This document shows positions 10,863 through 22,020 of a stretch of DNA of 64,000 nucleotides, piece by piece. Position numbers and translations under genes: made by a program. The DNA is from Eledone cirrhosa (Eukaryota). The notes beneath the pieces were generated by a model. The model was given only the letters and a program-made list of their open reading frames with translations. It ran no database searches and was not told the DNA's origin. The stretch covers positions 192,324,001-192,388,000 of the forward strand of contig OZ024743.1 of the NCBI GenBank assembly GCA_964016885.1, read 5' to 3'. Within the stretch, counting starts at the first letter, position 1, and the number at the start of each line of letters is the position of its first letter.

Positions 10863-12953
10863 TTACCGTACTTTTGGTAGAGGAGGGATGGTTTTTACAT
10901 CCCTTTTCACTTGATCGTCTGGTGAAGGGACCGTTGAATCGTCCCTTCGGCTGGTCGTCGGCTCTTCTAAGAGAATGTCTGAGTATACTCTTCGATTGAT
11001 GGTTCCTCCTAGGTCTCTGAAATCACCAACTGCGTTGGGGAATTTCGTTTTAATATTTGTGTATTGTTTCTGTGCTATTTTTAGCAGTCTTATGTTAGTT
11101 GGCGTTTTGATTGGTGCTGGTATTATGTAGTCCTGTTGTGAAATGTCTGTGTGTTCAATTATGTAAGTCATTAGTTTCTTGTGTGTATTTATTGCCGTGC
11201 ATTTGTTTTTCTGGGGGTGGGGTGTGGTTCTGCTATTTTCTTGTCGTTGTTGCTGGGTGTGTGTGTTTTGTTGTTGTGTTTGCGATGTTGGTGCTTGTGG
11301 TGGTGGTGTTGAAGGTGTTGTTGGCGGTGGGGTTGTCGCCGGTGGTGATGGTGGCGCTAGTGTGGGTGGTGATGGTGTTGGTGTTGTTGCTGCTGTGGGT
11401 CTCTTTGCAGTAGACTTTACCCTTTTCTCATTTCTTTCCTCCCTTTTCAAAGGCGACGATGCGCTGCTTCTGCGTTTGTGCCTTCTTACGACCTTTTGCC
11501 ATCCCTCTCCCACCTCACACTCCATGTCTGATTCTGTGAGGTCGGGGAGGGGTACCAGCTCCACTCTTTCACTTGTTGTTGGTGATGTTTGCACTGGAGT
11601 CTCTGTTGCAGCTGCATTTGGTATTGCTGTTGTTGTTGTTAATATTTCCACTGCTGCTGCTGTTTTTGATTTCCGTGGAGTGGGTATGGGTGCCACGGAC
11701 CTATCGTTCCTGGTTGCCGCTTGTCCTGTTGCTGGTAGCCGTGGAGCCGGATTCGGAAGGAGGGGGGTTTTCTCCTTTCTCAGGGTCTTCTCGTTGCAGA
11801 AGGCCCTGAGGTGAGTCTTCGATCCACAGCGAAAGCATTTCGGGCGTTTGCCCTCAACACTTATGGGCAGTTGAGTGCCGTTATCGAAGTCTATCACATC
11901 CGGGATAGCTTCGATGCACTCCTGGTTGGTTTGGATTAGCATCTCAATGGAGGAGCCGACCCAATCTTCTCTTACTTTTTTCTGTACTTGCAGTACAGTT
12001 GTTTTGTCCTCGATTCCGACGAGGACAGACGCGGCCAGCCAAGAAGGGGTCATTCCGGGGGGGACGTGGGTTAGTTTGACCCTCACAATTTTTTGCCCAC
12101 AGTAGGAGGGCACCAACACCATTTCCTCGCTCCTTAGGGTCACTACTGATTGGGCCTTTGCCTCCTGGGGTGTGGCAAAAAGTACGTCTACGGTGGCATA
12201 TTTTTTGCCTCGGGTGATGTGCGTTTTCCGCTGCCACACAGACCCCAAGGCTTTTTGTATTTGGGCCTCTGTGGCTCTTTCCACCCTACGGGATTTTGTA
12301 CTTACTGTACGGTACGTGACCGTACAGTGCTCTTGGGTTTCGAAAAAATTTTTCGCTGCCTTGCAGATTGCTCGGTGTCCGTTCTTTGTCACCATCTTCT
12401 TCGCTTCCTCTAATTCCTCATTTGTTATGAGGATTGTTTCCAAGTTTTTCGCAATACCTGCAAATGAGATTGGTTTTTCTCTGCTGTTGTTGTTGTCGTC
12501 AGAGCTGCTGGTACTTTTGTTGTTGCTGCAGGTACTACGACTACTGCCTCCGCCGCTGTTGCTGTGGTTGTTGTTGGTGTTGCTGCTGCTAATGCTGTTG
12601 TTGTTTATGCTGCTGGTGATGCTGTTGCGGCTGCTACTGTTGTTTTCATTGTCACTGTTGCTGTTGTTATTACGGCTGCTACTGCTATTATTCCTGACGT
12701 CAGACGAATGAACTGGGTTTTCGTATTTCCCGCACACCTGTTTCGTCGCTGTCGTCGTCGTCGTGGAGAAACCTTGCACGCTTTGCACGGGACTTTTCTT
12801 TTCTTTCGTCACTTGCGAAAGAGAAGGGAGGGAGAGAGACACATTTAAAGAAGGGAGGGAGAGAGACAATCTTCTCTCTGCTGTAGTGATGATTGAGGAA
12901 GAAGAAGACGGAATGAGTGGGAGTGACGTATGAAATTTCTTTTTCGTAGCCAT
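10863..12953 (-). CDS. Tx1/L1 ORF1p (type A): CCHC zinc knuckle, probable RRM-like region, low-complexity N/S/T/P tracts
   Basis: 696 aa open. CFRCGSKTHLRAFC (CX2CX4HX4C). Lies directly upstream of ORF2. Confidence 0.9.
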   Translation of the reverse strand: MATKKKFHTSLPLIPSSSSSIITTAERRLSLSLPSLNVSLSLPSLSQVTKEKKSPVQSVQGFSTTTTTATKQVCGKYENPVHSSDVRNNSSSSRNNNSNSDNENNSSSRNSITSSINNNSISSSNTNNNHSNSGGGSSRSTCSNNKSTSSSDDNNNSREKPISFAGIAKNLETILITNEELEEAKKMVTKNGHRAICKAAKNFFETQEHCTVTYRTVSTKSRRVERATEAQIQKALGSVWQRKTHITRGKKYATVDVLFATPQEAKAQSVVTLRSEEMVLVPSYCGQKIVRVKLTHVPPGMTPSWLAASVLVGIEDKTTVLQVQKKVREDWVGSSIEMLIQTNQECIEAIPDVIDFDNGTQLPISVEGKRPKCFRCGSKTHLRAFCNEKTLRKEKTPLLPNPAPRLPATGQAATRNDRSVAPIPTPRKSKTAAAVEILTTTTAIPNAAATETPVQTSPTTSERVELVPLPDLTESDMECEVGEGWQKVVRRHKRRSSASSPLKREERNEKRVKSTAKRPTAATTPTPSPPTLAPPSPPATTPPPTTPSTPPPQAPTSQTQQQNTHTQQQRQENSRTTPHPQKNKCTAINTHKKLMTYIIEHTDISQQDYIIPAPIKTPTNIRLLKIAQKQYTNIKTKFPNAVGDFRDLGGTINRRVYSDILLEEPTTSRRDDSTVPSPDDQVKRDVKTIPPLPKVR

Positions 12954-13192
12954 GTTGTTTTTTGTTTAAAATGAAATTTTGGGTACAAAACCCCAATAAC
13001 TGGTTATTTAACCCCGAAGGGCCAAATAACGGACAGAAAGACCCCTCTCACGAGGAGGAGGGTGTCTTTATCAACAATTTGGTTCAAGTTTTAAACAATT
13101 TACAATTGTTTTAACGGTTAAAAATTACTATACCTTACAGAGCCGAGCCTCCGTCAACCATGGCATTCAATAATAATAATAATAATAATAAT

Positions 13193-16100
13193 GTTTTCTT
13201 TATTAACCACAAGGGTTCACATAAAGTAGACATTAAGGACAGTACAGGACAATACAGGACGGTACAAATGGGCATTTCTGCGTGTAAAAAAACAGAGGTT
13301 GAAATAAAATAACAAAGAAAAATTCCCCAATAGGGGGGAGACTTCCAAGGGACATTTGTGGAGAAAGCCCATTAAAAGACCACAGTGGCCCTGACCACCA
13401 GGGCAAGTGCCCTCTCCCAGTTTTCCACCTTTAATTTACAGACACATACTCAGAGAAGGCCCATTCATTCGGGCCATACTTGCTTCTCTCACCCATCTTT
13501 CAACAAAATGCTGGGAAGAGAGCACTTCCCTTTCTACCCTGATTTTCCTTTTCAAATGAAATTTGAAAAAGTTAATCAGGGCATCACCGAAGAGGTAAGT
13601 GCTCGTCTTCAGCCCTTTCAAACGTGTCCACCATACTATCTCTTTCGCCATGGCCACCAGACAGATAAAAACTGCCTGCCCTTCCAGGCTAAAGGAAGGG
13701 AGCGGGGCAATCCTCACGATGGACTCAGCTGATAGCTGGATCCGTCCTACACGTGACAGCAGGTGTTCGACATAAACCCACAAGTCAGCAATGCTCGGAC
13801 ACTGGACGAGTGCGTGCAGTACGGTTTCGTCGCCCTGCACGCATCTCGGACATGCCCGGCTGACGGCACCTCCATGCCTGTAGAGTTTATCCCGAACTGG
13901 CAAAGCTCCTCGGTAGCACTGCCAGGCCAGGGATTTCTGGAAGTTGTCCATAGGCCCCGGCCCGAAAGTCCTTCCGAAGAGATTGGCTAGTTGATTTTCG
14001 TCGACGCCTAGAGTTTCTCCAAGTACGTCGTCGCTCTTCCCCTCCACTAATCCTCTATAGAACGCCAAGGTGGAGTTTCCACCGATCACATTGCCCGATT
14101 GGTCGAGGGCTGTGAGCGCCTGAAGACATTCCAGTCTCCAAGCGCTCCCTCTCGGTCTTCGCTTGACCCAGGACTGCAGCTCCGTCATGGAGACGAGCTG
14201 GGGAAAAACGTGTCTTGCAAACGGCGACCACACCTGATCACCGTCGAGGAAGAGGTGGAGATGTCGTAGCCTGAGCGCGTGTCTGCGCATCATCAGCCAC
14301 GGCATGCCCAGCCCTCCACGTAGCGGGTGTTGACAGCAGATGGACCGCCTGACCATCGGAGCGCGTCCCTTCCACAAGAAGCGAAAGAGCAAACGCTCCA
14401 GCGCAGTCAGGCGGGGCTTAGGACAAGGTACGACGGTCAGGCGGTAGTAGATGACGGATGCGATGTACGCATTCGCCACCTCCGCTCGACCTTTCAGGGA
14501 TAGCTTCCTCTCGGCCCATTTCTGGGTGAGAGAAGCCACCCTGCTCGTCACCTCGTCCCAGTTTTTGTCCGTCTGGAGGTCTGGACCGAACCAGACCCCT
14601 AGCAATTTAACCGGTCCGTCCGTCCAGCGCCCGACAACGCTGTTGGACGGCATGGACCTGCCTCTCCAGGTGCCGAGCTGCAGGCCCACTGACTTTTCCT
14701 GGTTGATCATTGCTCCTGTCACCGCTTCGTATTCTCTTAGTGTAGTGCCGATCGCCTCGATGTGTTTGGCGTTCGACACCACTACGGTGACATCGTCGGC
14801 ATATGCTGACACGGATCTTCCGCATCCTAGTTCGCGCGGGACCCCCCTCAACGTCTCCAGTTTGTGCAGTAATGGCTCAAGAGTCAATACGTACAATAGG
14901 GACGAGAGGGGACATCGTTGGCGGACCGAGCGCATGATGTTGAACGGTTCCGAAAGGTGACCGTTCACTCTCACTACAGAGCAGATGTCGCTGTGCATGG
15001 CAGCGATCCTGCCTCTGAAGACGGGCCCAAAGCCAGCCGCCCTCAGGACTGCCGTTAGGTAACGATGGTCGACCCTATCGAAGGCTTTCGACTGATCTAA
15101 ATTGATCAAAGACCCACCCGTGCCAGGTTCCCTAGCTACCCTCTCTACGATGTATCGCATGAGGTGGAGGTTGTCGTGGATGGATCTGTCGGGAATGGCG
15201 CATGTCTGTGCCTCTCCCACCAGACCACCAACGACAAGCGCCAACCTCTTTGCTAGCACCTTGGCCAAAATCTTGAACTCTGTGTTTAGCAGAGTTATGG
15301 GCCTAAAATTATCTATGTTATCCCCCTTGTTCGGATCCTTTCTCAGCAGCGCCACCGCTCCTCGGCTCACAGAGCTGGGAATTCTCCCGTTCTGTTGCCA
15401 GTTGCAGTAGACGTCCGCCAAGAGGCCTCCGAACAAGTTTGGCATTTGTGCGTAAAGTTCATAGGGCAGACCATCCAAACCAGGCGATTTACCTCTTGTG
15501 CAACTAGTCATTGCATCCCGTACTTCAGCGGTTGTTATCGGCTTTTCGCAACACTCCGCCTCAGTGGCCGAAAGCCGCGGCAGTCCGTCAATGTAGACAC
15601 CAAAGTCCATCCCTCGATCCGGCCCGCCACTGCCCCCGAACAGTTGCGTGAAGTGTCGCTGAAAAGCTTCACACATTTGCCCGGGATCGAGTAGCATGCG
15701 CCCGTCGTGGTCCACCAAAGACCAGATCGTGGCTTTGTTGCCACGACGCGCCTCCGCCACTCGGGCCCATTGAACGGCTTTCGTCCCCTCGTGTCTGAGA
15801 GCACGCACCCTAGCTCTGACAACGCAGCCTTCGTGCTTTGCATTGAAGAATTGGTCAAGGGCCAATTTCGCCGCAAGTACGTCGGTCGCGATGCCTTTGC
15901 TAAGCGCCTCATCTAATTTTCTAACTAATTCTCCCTCTGCTCTATTTTTCTCTATTGCTAAAGTCTTACTAAACCTAATGGACTCTATTCTAATTGCTCT
16001 TTTCAGAGCAAACCACCACTTGTTGTTGACGATGGCCCCCGTCAACGCCCGCTTAACTAGTTCGCTAATCCGGTCTCTGTAGGCCTTGCGCGCTGGTAAG

Positions 16101-19097
16101 GACGCGTTTAGCTTCCAGTAGCCGGGTCCTCGTCTATGAAGCCTATCTAAGTCAAGCACACAGATCACGAATTTGTGGTCCGTGTAGCTGACTATCTTGA
16201 ATTGTGGACAGCCTATGCTAGACCTATCTATTTCCCTACAAAATACTCTATCTAGATATGATCTGGATGACCCTATGCGATTTGTCCAAGTCCACATTGG
16301 TACATTCGGGAAATCCATTCGGTACCTGTCAGACAGTTCAAAACGTCTGAGCAGGTTGGTGAGACTCTTGCACCCTCCTTCCCTATCCACTAATCCCACA
16401 CAATCCCAGCGTGCATCTAAGATCCCGTTCCAGTCGCCCACTAACACTAAAGAGTGGGACGTTCCAAGAAAGGTCTCCAGACGTCGGAAGAAATCAGGCC
16501 GCCCTGCTCCTGTCGGGGCATAGACGGCCACTAACCTGAAAGCTTGCCCGTCTCCGCTGGTCACGTCCAGCACCACCAACTTACCTTCTGGGTCCAGGAA
16601 GATGGCCCGTATGGCAAGATCCAAACCTCTCCGAAAAAGCACAGCAATTCCTCCCCCCGATCCCGGACGGCTGGGAGATGCGTACACATCGTAGCCGCCG
16701 AAGATCGGTGCGAAATCCTGTGCTTCGGAGATTCTGGTCTCGCTGATGGCCACTACATCTATGTTTAGTGACCTGAGGTCGTTGAGCAGGTGGCCCTGCT
16801 TCCATGACGACCCCAAGCCACGCGCATTTATGCCTGCCTATTCTGAGTGAGGTCATGTTGAAAAGGAGTGGAAAAGATGGGAAAGACCACTTACCTTACT
16901 TCTCGTAGGGGAAGGACGGTTTTTCCATCCTTTTCACTGCTTGTGGCCTCCTCAGGAAGGATGTCCTTATAAATCCTCCTGGAGAGTGCTTGTCGGAAGT
17001 CTCCGATGTCTTTGGGGAATTTTTGTTTTAGTGTCATGTACGTTTTCTGTGTGATGCGAGTGATTTGTATGTGTGGAGGTGGTGTGAATTTTGGGGTTGT
17101 TGTGTAGTCTTTTTCTGTGATGCTGGTGTTGTGTTGGATGTAGTGTAATAATTGCTTGTTGTTCAAATTTAATGCTGTGTAGTGTGTATCGTTTTGGTTG
17201 TTTTGTTTTGTTTGCGTTTGTTGTGGGTTTGTTTCTGTTTCGCATTTTGGTGACTTTTGTGGTGTAGGTGATGGTGGTGTTGGAGTTAATGATGGTGATG
17301 GTGTTGGTGTTTGGGTTGATGGGGTTGGTGATGCTGGTGTGGATGGTGGCATATCTGTCCTAACTTTTTTGTTTCTTAGTTTATTTGTTTCTCTCTGTAT
17401 TTTGTTTTTGGAGGGGGAAGGAAGAGAATTTTTTCTTTTTTGGTTTCTTTTTTTTTTTCCGGATATCGTTTCCCACTCCTCGTCGTCACAATCTGTCTCC
17501 AGTTGTGATAGGCCGGGGAGTGGAAAATCCTCCACAGCCGTTAGTTTTGGTTGTGGTGTGGTGGATGGTGTAGGCGCTGGTGCTAGTTCTGAAGCGTTGG
17601 GTGGTGGTGGTGTTGGTTTTGCTGGTGGTGGTAGTGGTGTTGGTTTTGCTACTGTTGCTGGAGTTGTTGCTGTTATAGTTGCTTCTGTTGTTGCTGCTAC
17701 AGTTGTTGCTGCCATCTCTGCTACTGGTGGTGTTGATGGTTGTGTCACTGGGGTGGGTAGGAGAGGTGGCCTCAACCTTTTAGCCTGAGGGCAGAAAGCC
17801 CTTAGGTGGGTTCCTTCACCACAAACGACACACCTAGGTCTTCTGCCCTCGACAATTACCGTGAGGTGGCTGCCGTCAGTGAGGTCTATTACCTCTGGGA
17901 TCTCCTCAATGCTTTTTTTGGTCCGCTTGGATCAGGAGCTCCATCCCAGATCCGGACCAGTTTTCCTGCTTTTCTTTTGCTACTGCTATTATTTTCGTGT
18001 TGGCTTCGATGCCGGCGAGGACAGCCGCTATTAGCCAGGGAATTTCGATGGCCGGTGGAACGTGGGTCACCCTGATCTTTACGAGTCTCTGGCCACAATA
18101 GCTTGGGACGAGTGTGAGGTCGTCACTTTTAAATGGGGCCATGGAGTGTTCTCTAGCCTCCTCTGGTGTTTCAAAGAACACATCCACGGTTCCATACTTT
18201 TGCCCACGTCTGATGTGGGTTTTTCTTGCCCACACATGTCCCAAAGCTTTTGGGATTTGGGACTCGGATGCCCGTTCCAGTCGGCGCGATTTTACATTTA
18301 TTGTTCTATACGACACGGTGCACAGGCGCCGATGCTCCATTTTATTAGGTGGGGGGGTGAGGCTGACCCTGTACCCATCTTTCTTTACCATTTGTTTGGC
18401 ATTTTCTAAATCTTCTTGAGTTACCGTGAACGCTTCGAATTATTTTGCTACGATGGCGAAACTGAGGGTCGGTTTTATAATGTCATTGTTGTTGTTGTTG
18501 TTATCGTTATTTGTGTTAATCTTAATTTTTGTTTCAGTTGTGGTGGTGGTGACGTCAGTCGTCTTTGGTGGGGAAGAGTCCATTTTGCTTGATTTCATTT
18601 CGACATCACGAGTTAATTTATTTTTTTCTTCTTTTGTTTCTGTTGTCGCGGTGGTGGTGGGGGTGGGGGTTGTCGCGGTGGTGGTGGTGGTGGTGGAGGC
18701 TTTAACACCTGCAGTCATTGGTAATGGCGGGAAATGAATGTCTGCCTGAGACAAATTTAAAATATTGCTACTGCTTATATTTTTTTTTGTGTTGGCAAAC
18801 GTAGTAACATTTACAATGGTGGTGTCGGTGTGAGGTGTTATTTTGTGAGGAAGGCTTTCAGCTGCTTCGTGCAGAGGGGAATTAGCCATTTTTTTTCAAA
18901 GAAATTTTTTGATAATAATAAAAGTTAAAATTTTGGGCACAAAGCCCCAATCTTTTTGGGTGTCCTTTTCGGAAAACAATGTATGTGTGCTTATAAACAG
19001 TTAACAATAAAATTTTCCATAAATGGCAATTTTTAACAAACGGAAATAACAAACCTTTGCGGAGCTCACGATGATACGATTTACTACGTAGGTCGCC
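13193..19097 (-). mobile_element. Full-length Tx1/L1 LINE, copy B (type B ORF1, frameshifted)
   Basis: ORF2 is nearly identical to copy A but has a 1-bp insertion near its start (~16833). ORF1 is in pieces over 16891-18889 with CVVCGEGTHLRAFC. 5' end GGCGACCTACG abuts (AAT)n at 19098-~19150. Confidence 0.95.
13436..16856 (-). pseudogene. Tx1 ORF2 (APE-RT-ZnF), one frameshift just after the start codon
   Basis: 1126-aa open frame. The N-terminal MTSLRIG is in a different frame, and RQGCP is changed to RQRCP. Confidence 0.85.
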
Positions 19098-19147
<50 letters not shown>

Positions 19148-19189
19148 TAACTATATATTACTTTTTTTATTAATCAATTATTATTATTA

Positions 19190-20006
19190 CTCATAACGCT
19201 TTTGCTCTGGCAGATGTTATACCAACACTCTAACAAAACAGTGAGCCATAGCCAAAGGTCCTTTGACTTATTCCTTCTCCTTCAACTTTCCAACACTCTT
19301 CTTAGAATCCTTGCTGTTCCCAGCAAGGTTGTTTTCAGCAACAATCCTGTCCTAATGGTAATTCCTAGCTTTTAGAGCCATGCATCCAACCTTCTACTTA
19401 CTACTCCCAGTCTGCCAACCACAATCAGTACCATTTCTCTATGTTTGATTCTTCCTAGTTTATCTCTTCAGCTTCTGGTATTTCTCAACTTTCTCACTTT
19501 CCTTCTCATTCACTTTGTGGTCCCACAGTGAAGTAATATCCACAGTACATACCTTGTTATTCTTCTTTTCTACAACAATGTCTCGCTTTCTAGCCATGAT
19601 AAAATGAAAATGGTCGCACTGGATATACATGTCCCTCAATATCTTATACTGTTCATTTTCAGCAACCCTTTCCGGTTGGTGTTCATACCATTTCATGCTT
19701 ATGCCATACTTATGACAGCTTCCAATGAACCAATCTGGCAATGTTGTTGTGCCTTCTATTGTACTCTTTCTGAGCTAGCATCTTACATTCCCTAATGTGG
19801 TTTTATTGTTTCACCTTTCTCATCACACAGCCTACAGAATGGGGAATGCAATGACTTGTCAATATTGAACTTAATATAATTCATTCTCAGTACCTGTTCC
19901 TTGGCTGCTAAAATAAGGGGCCTCAGTTTCAACTTTTAAGTCATATTCTTAGTCCATTGCCAGTTCTTATCTTTGTCAACCGTCTCAGGAATTTCACGTA
20001 AGAATT
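19190..20006 (-). mobile_element. 3' fragment of an R4/Dong-like RLE LINE (diverged family)
   Basis: KWYEHQPERV..., DIVV...VDIT..., EKVEKYQKL RLE motifs (ORF 19460-19741). The 3' end runs into a TAA-rich tract. Confidence 0.75.
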
Positions 20007-20462
20007 CATCATCATCATCATTATCATCATCACCATTTTACGTCCGTTTTTCCATGCTAGCATGAGTTAGACGGGTTGTCCTGTTTGGGAGCAGTGTCCA
20101 GTCGGTTAATCTTGTCTTGCTCATACGGGAACTGATTTTGGCTTGATTTCTACAGCTGGATGCCCTTCCTAACACCAACCTCATTTATAGTGAGTGTGGG
20201 TGCCTATTTTCCGTGGCGCCTACATGTCCACTTTTACAGTGTGGGCTGGGTGCTTTTTTGCTGTGGCACCTCCACGACCACTTTGCAGTGGAATGATAGA
20301 GACCCCAGTCCTATCATCTCATTTCTACAGCTGAGTAAACTGGAGCAATGTGAAATAAAGTGTCTTGCTCAAGGAAACAACACATTACCCGGTCCGAGAA
20401 TTGAACTCACAACCTTTCGATTGCAAGCCTAATGCTCTAATCACTAAGCCATGCACCTTCAC
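20007..20462 (-). mobile_element. tRNA-derived SINE with RTE-derived 3' tail
   Basis: Minus head has A box TGGCTTAGTGATT and B box GAGTTCAATTC, then a TCCTTGAGCAAGACAC core. The last ~240 bp match the RTE 3'UTR at 5980-6214, including (GAT)n. Confidence 0.85.
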
Positions 20463-20531
20463 CATGCATATTTATTAATCAATTATTATTATTGTTATTA
20501 TTATTATTACCTCGGCGGGATTTGAACTCAG

Positions 20532-20730
20532 GGCGGTGGATTGGCAGTATCGGTAGAGGGCTGGACGCCATGCCTTACAGCAAAGAGTTACAGCTCTTCA
20601 TGGACTGAGTTCAAATCCCACCAAGGTTAACTTTTCCTTTCATCCTTAAGGGGTCGATAAAATAAAGTACCAGTTATATACTGGGATAATTGCTGGCCTT
20701 GTGCCAAAAGTAGAAACAATTATTATTATT
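20532..20730 (+). mobile_element. tRNA-derived SINE ending in (ATT)n
   Basis: TGGCAGTATCGG A box, GAGTTCAAATCC B box, tail GGCCTTGTGCCAAAAGTAGAAAC(A)ATT. Multicopy within this window. Confidence 0.85.
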
Positions 20731-21472
20731 GGTGATTACTAACATTGGCACAGATTTACAGAATGGTTGGTTACTCTAACATGAAACTAATGAAGATTAA
20801 CCCTTTAATTACCAACCTGGCCATAACCGGCTCGTGTTCTATGAAATAAAGCCACCCGTTTTAAAGGTTTCCAATTCAAGTTAAAATCTTCCAATATAAT
20901 TTTATACAAGAACCTTATGTTAAGTTACTATCTTAGTAATGAAATAATTAATAATTCTAGTAAATCTCTCAAAATTCTTCATTAATTAATTAAACTAGAG
21001 TGTATTTCATAAGAAATGGTTGTGCTTCAGAGTCCATAATCCTTTAGAGGAGGACCTGAGGCAACTTTAGTAACCACCAAAATCTTGGTTCACCACTTAC
21101 AGGAATTGAACTCATGGGGCACCATCATGACATTTAAACCTGGTGGAACCCATCCCACTCCAGATAAAAACATAGCTAATTTCTTTCTTCTGGAGGAATA
21201 GAAAAAAAGTGAGAGAGGCAGATTTGACCTCAGCATTCAACTAGTACTTTATTTATTGACATCGAATGATGACAGGTAAAGTTGACCTCGATGAGATTTG
21301 AACACAGAGTGCAGAGTGACTGAACAAAGTAAAGCTTTCTATCTGACATTCTAATAACTCTGATGCTTTGTCACGTTAGACAATATATGTATATAACTAA
21401 ATACCACAAGGAATTTAATATTGCATTAACATTTTCACAATGCCATCCTTGTATTATTAATATTACTATTAG

Positions 21473-21688
21473 TGGCGGTGGATTGGCAGTATCGGTAGAG
21501 GGTTGGACGCCATGCTTTGCAGCAAAGAGTTACTGCCCTTTATGGTCTGAGTTCAAATCCCGCCGAAGTTAACTTTGCCTTTCATCCTTACGGAGTCGAT
21601 AAAATAAAGTACCAGTAATACACTGGGATATTTGCTGGCCTTGTGCCAAAAGTAGAAACAATTATTAATATTATTATTATTATTATTG
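21473..21688 (+). mobile_element. tRNA-derived SINE ending in (ATT)n
   Basis: Near-copy of 20532-20730. An older minus-strand relic lies at ~21230-21360. Confidence 0.85.
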
Positions 21689-21690
21689 TT

Positions 21691-22008
21691 CTTTGAGTCT
21701 CAGTCATTGATGTTATTTCACTGGAAAGTTTGTTGAAATGAATATCAAGCCGCTACCTGCAGCCTCAGATATTCAGGACGTATCGGAGGGCTCTTGCTGT
21801 TCCCAGCAAGCATACCTTTTGAAGTGTTCCAAAAAACGGTGCTGGACTAATCTGCTTTAACCATCCTTGGAAACTCTTTGAGTTTGTCCCTAGTGGTAAT
21901 ATGACAATCGGGACGACCGTGATCTCATGGCAGTTACTAATCCTTTTTAACTCCCATTTTAAATCCTGGTATCGGTTAATTTTCTCCCTCTTCTTTTCTT
22001 GCACTCTC
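21691..22008 (-). mobile_element. 5'-truncated R4/Dong-like fragment (same family as 48908-53461)
   Basis: EKINRYQDLKWE...LLGTARALRYVLNI and the 3'UTR match the long copy. ATT tracts on both sides. Confidence 0.9.
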
Positions 22009-22020
22009 ATTATTATTATT

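Larger units (their letters stand above)
7145..13168 (-). mobile_element. Full-length Tx1/L1-clade LINE, copy A (both ORFs intact)
   Basis: 5'UTR-ORF1-ORF2-3'UTR with AATAAA. Bounded by (AAT)n at 7096-7144 and 13169-13192. Confidence 0.95.

Noticed and set aside
7357-18737. Recurrent antisense or alternate-frame ORFs within Tx1 copies
   Set aside because: They recur only because the copies are near-identical. No domains, and they are shadows of GC-rich or low-complexity coding sequence.
20380-20462. tRNA gene
   Set aside because: The A/B boxes belong to SINE heads. No complete cloverleaf.
20797-21010. TTAA|CCCTTT piggyBac-like left end
   Set aside because: No matching right terminus found.
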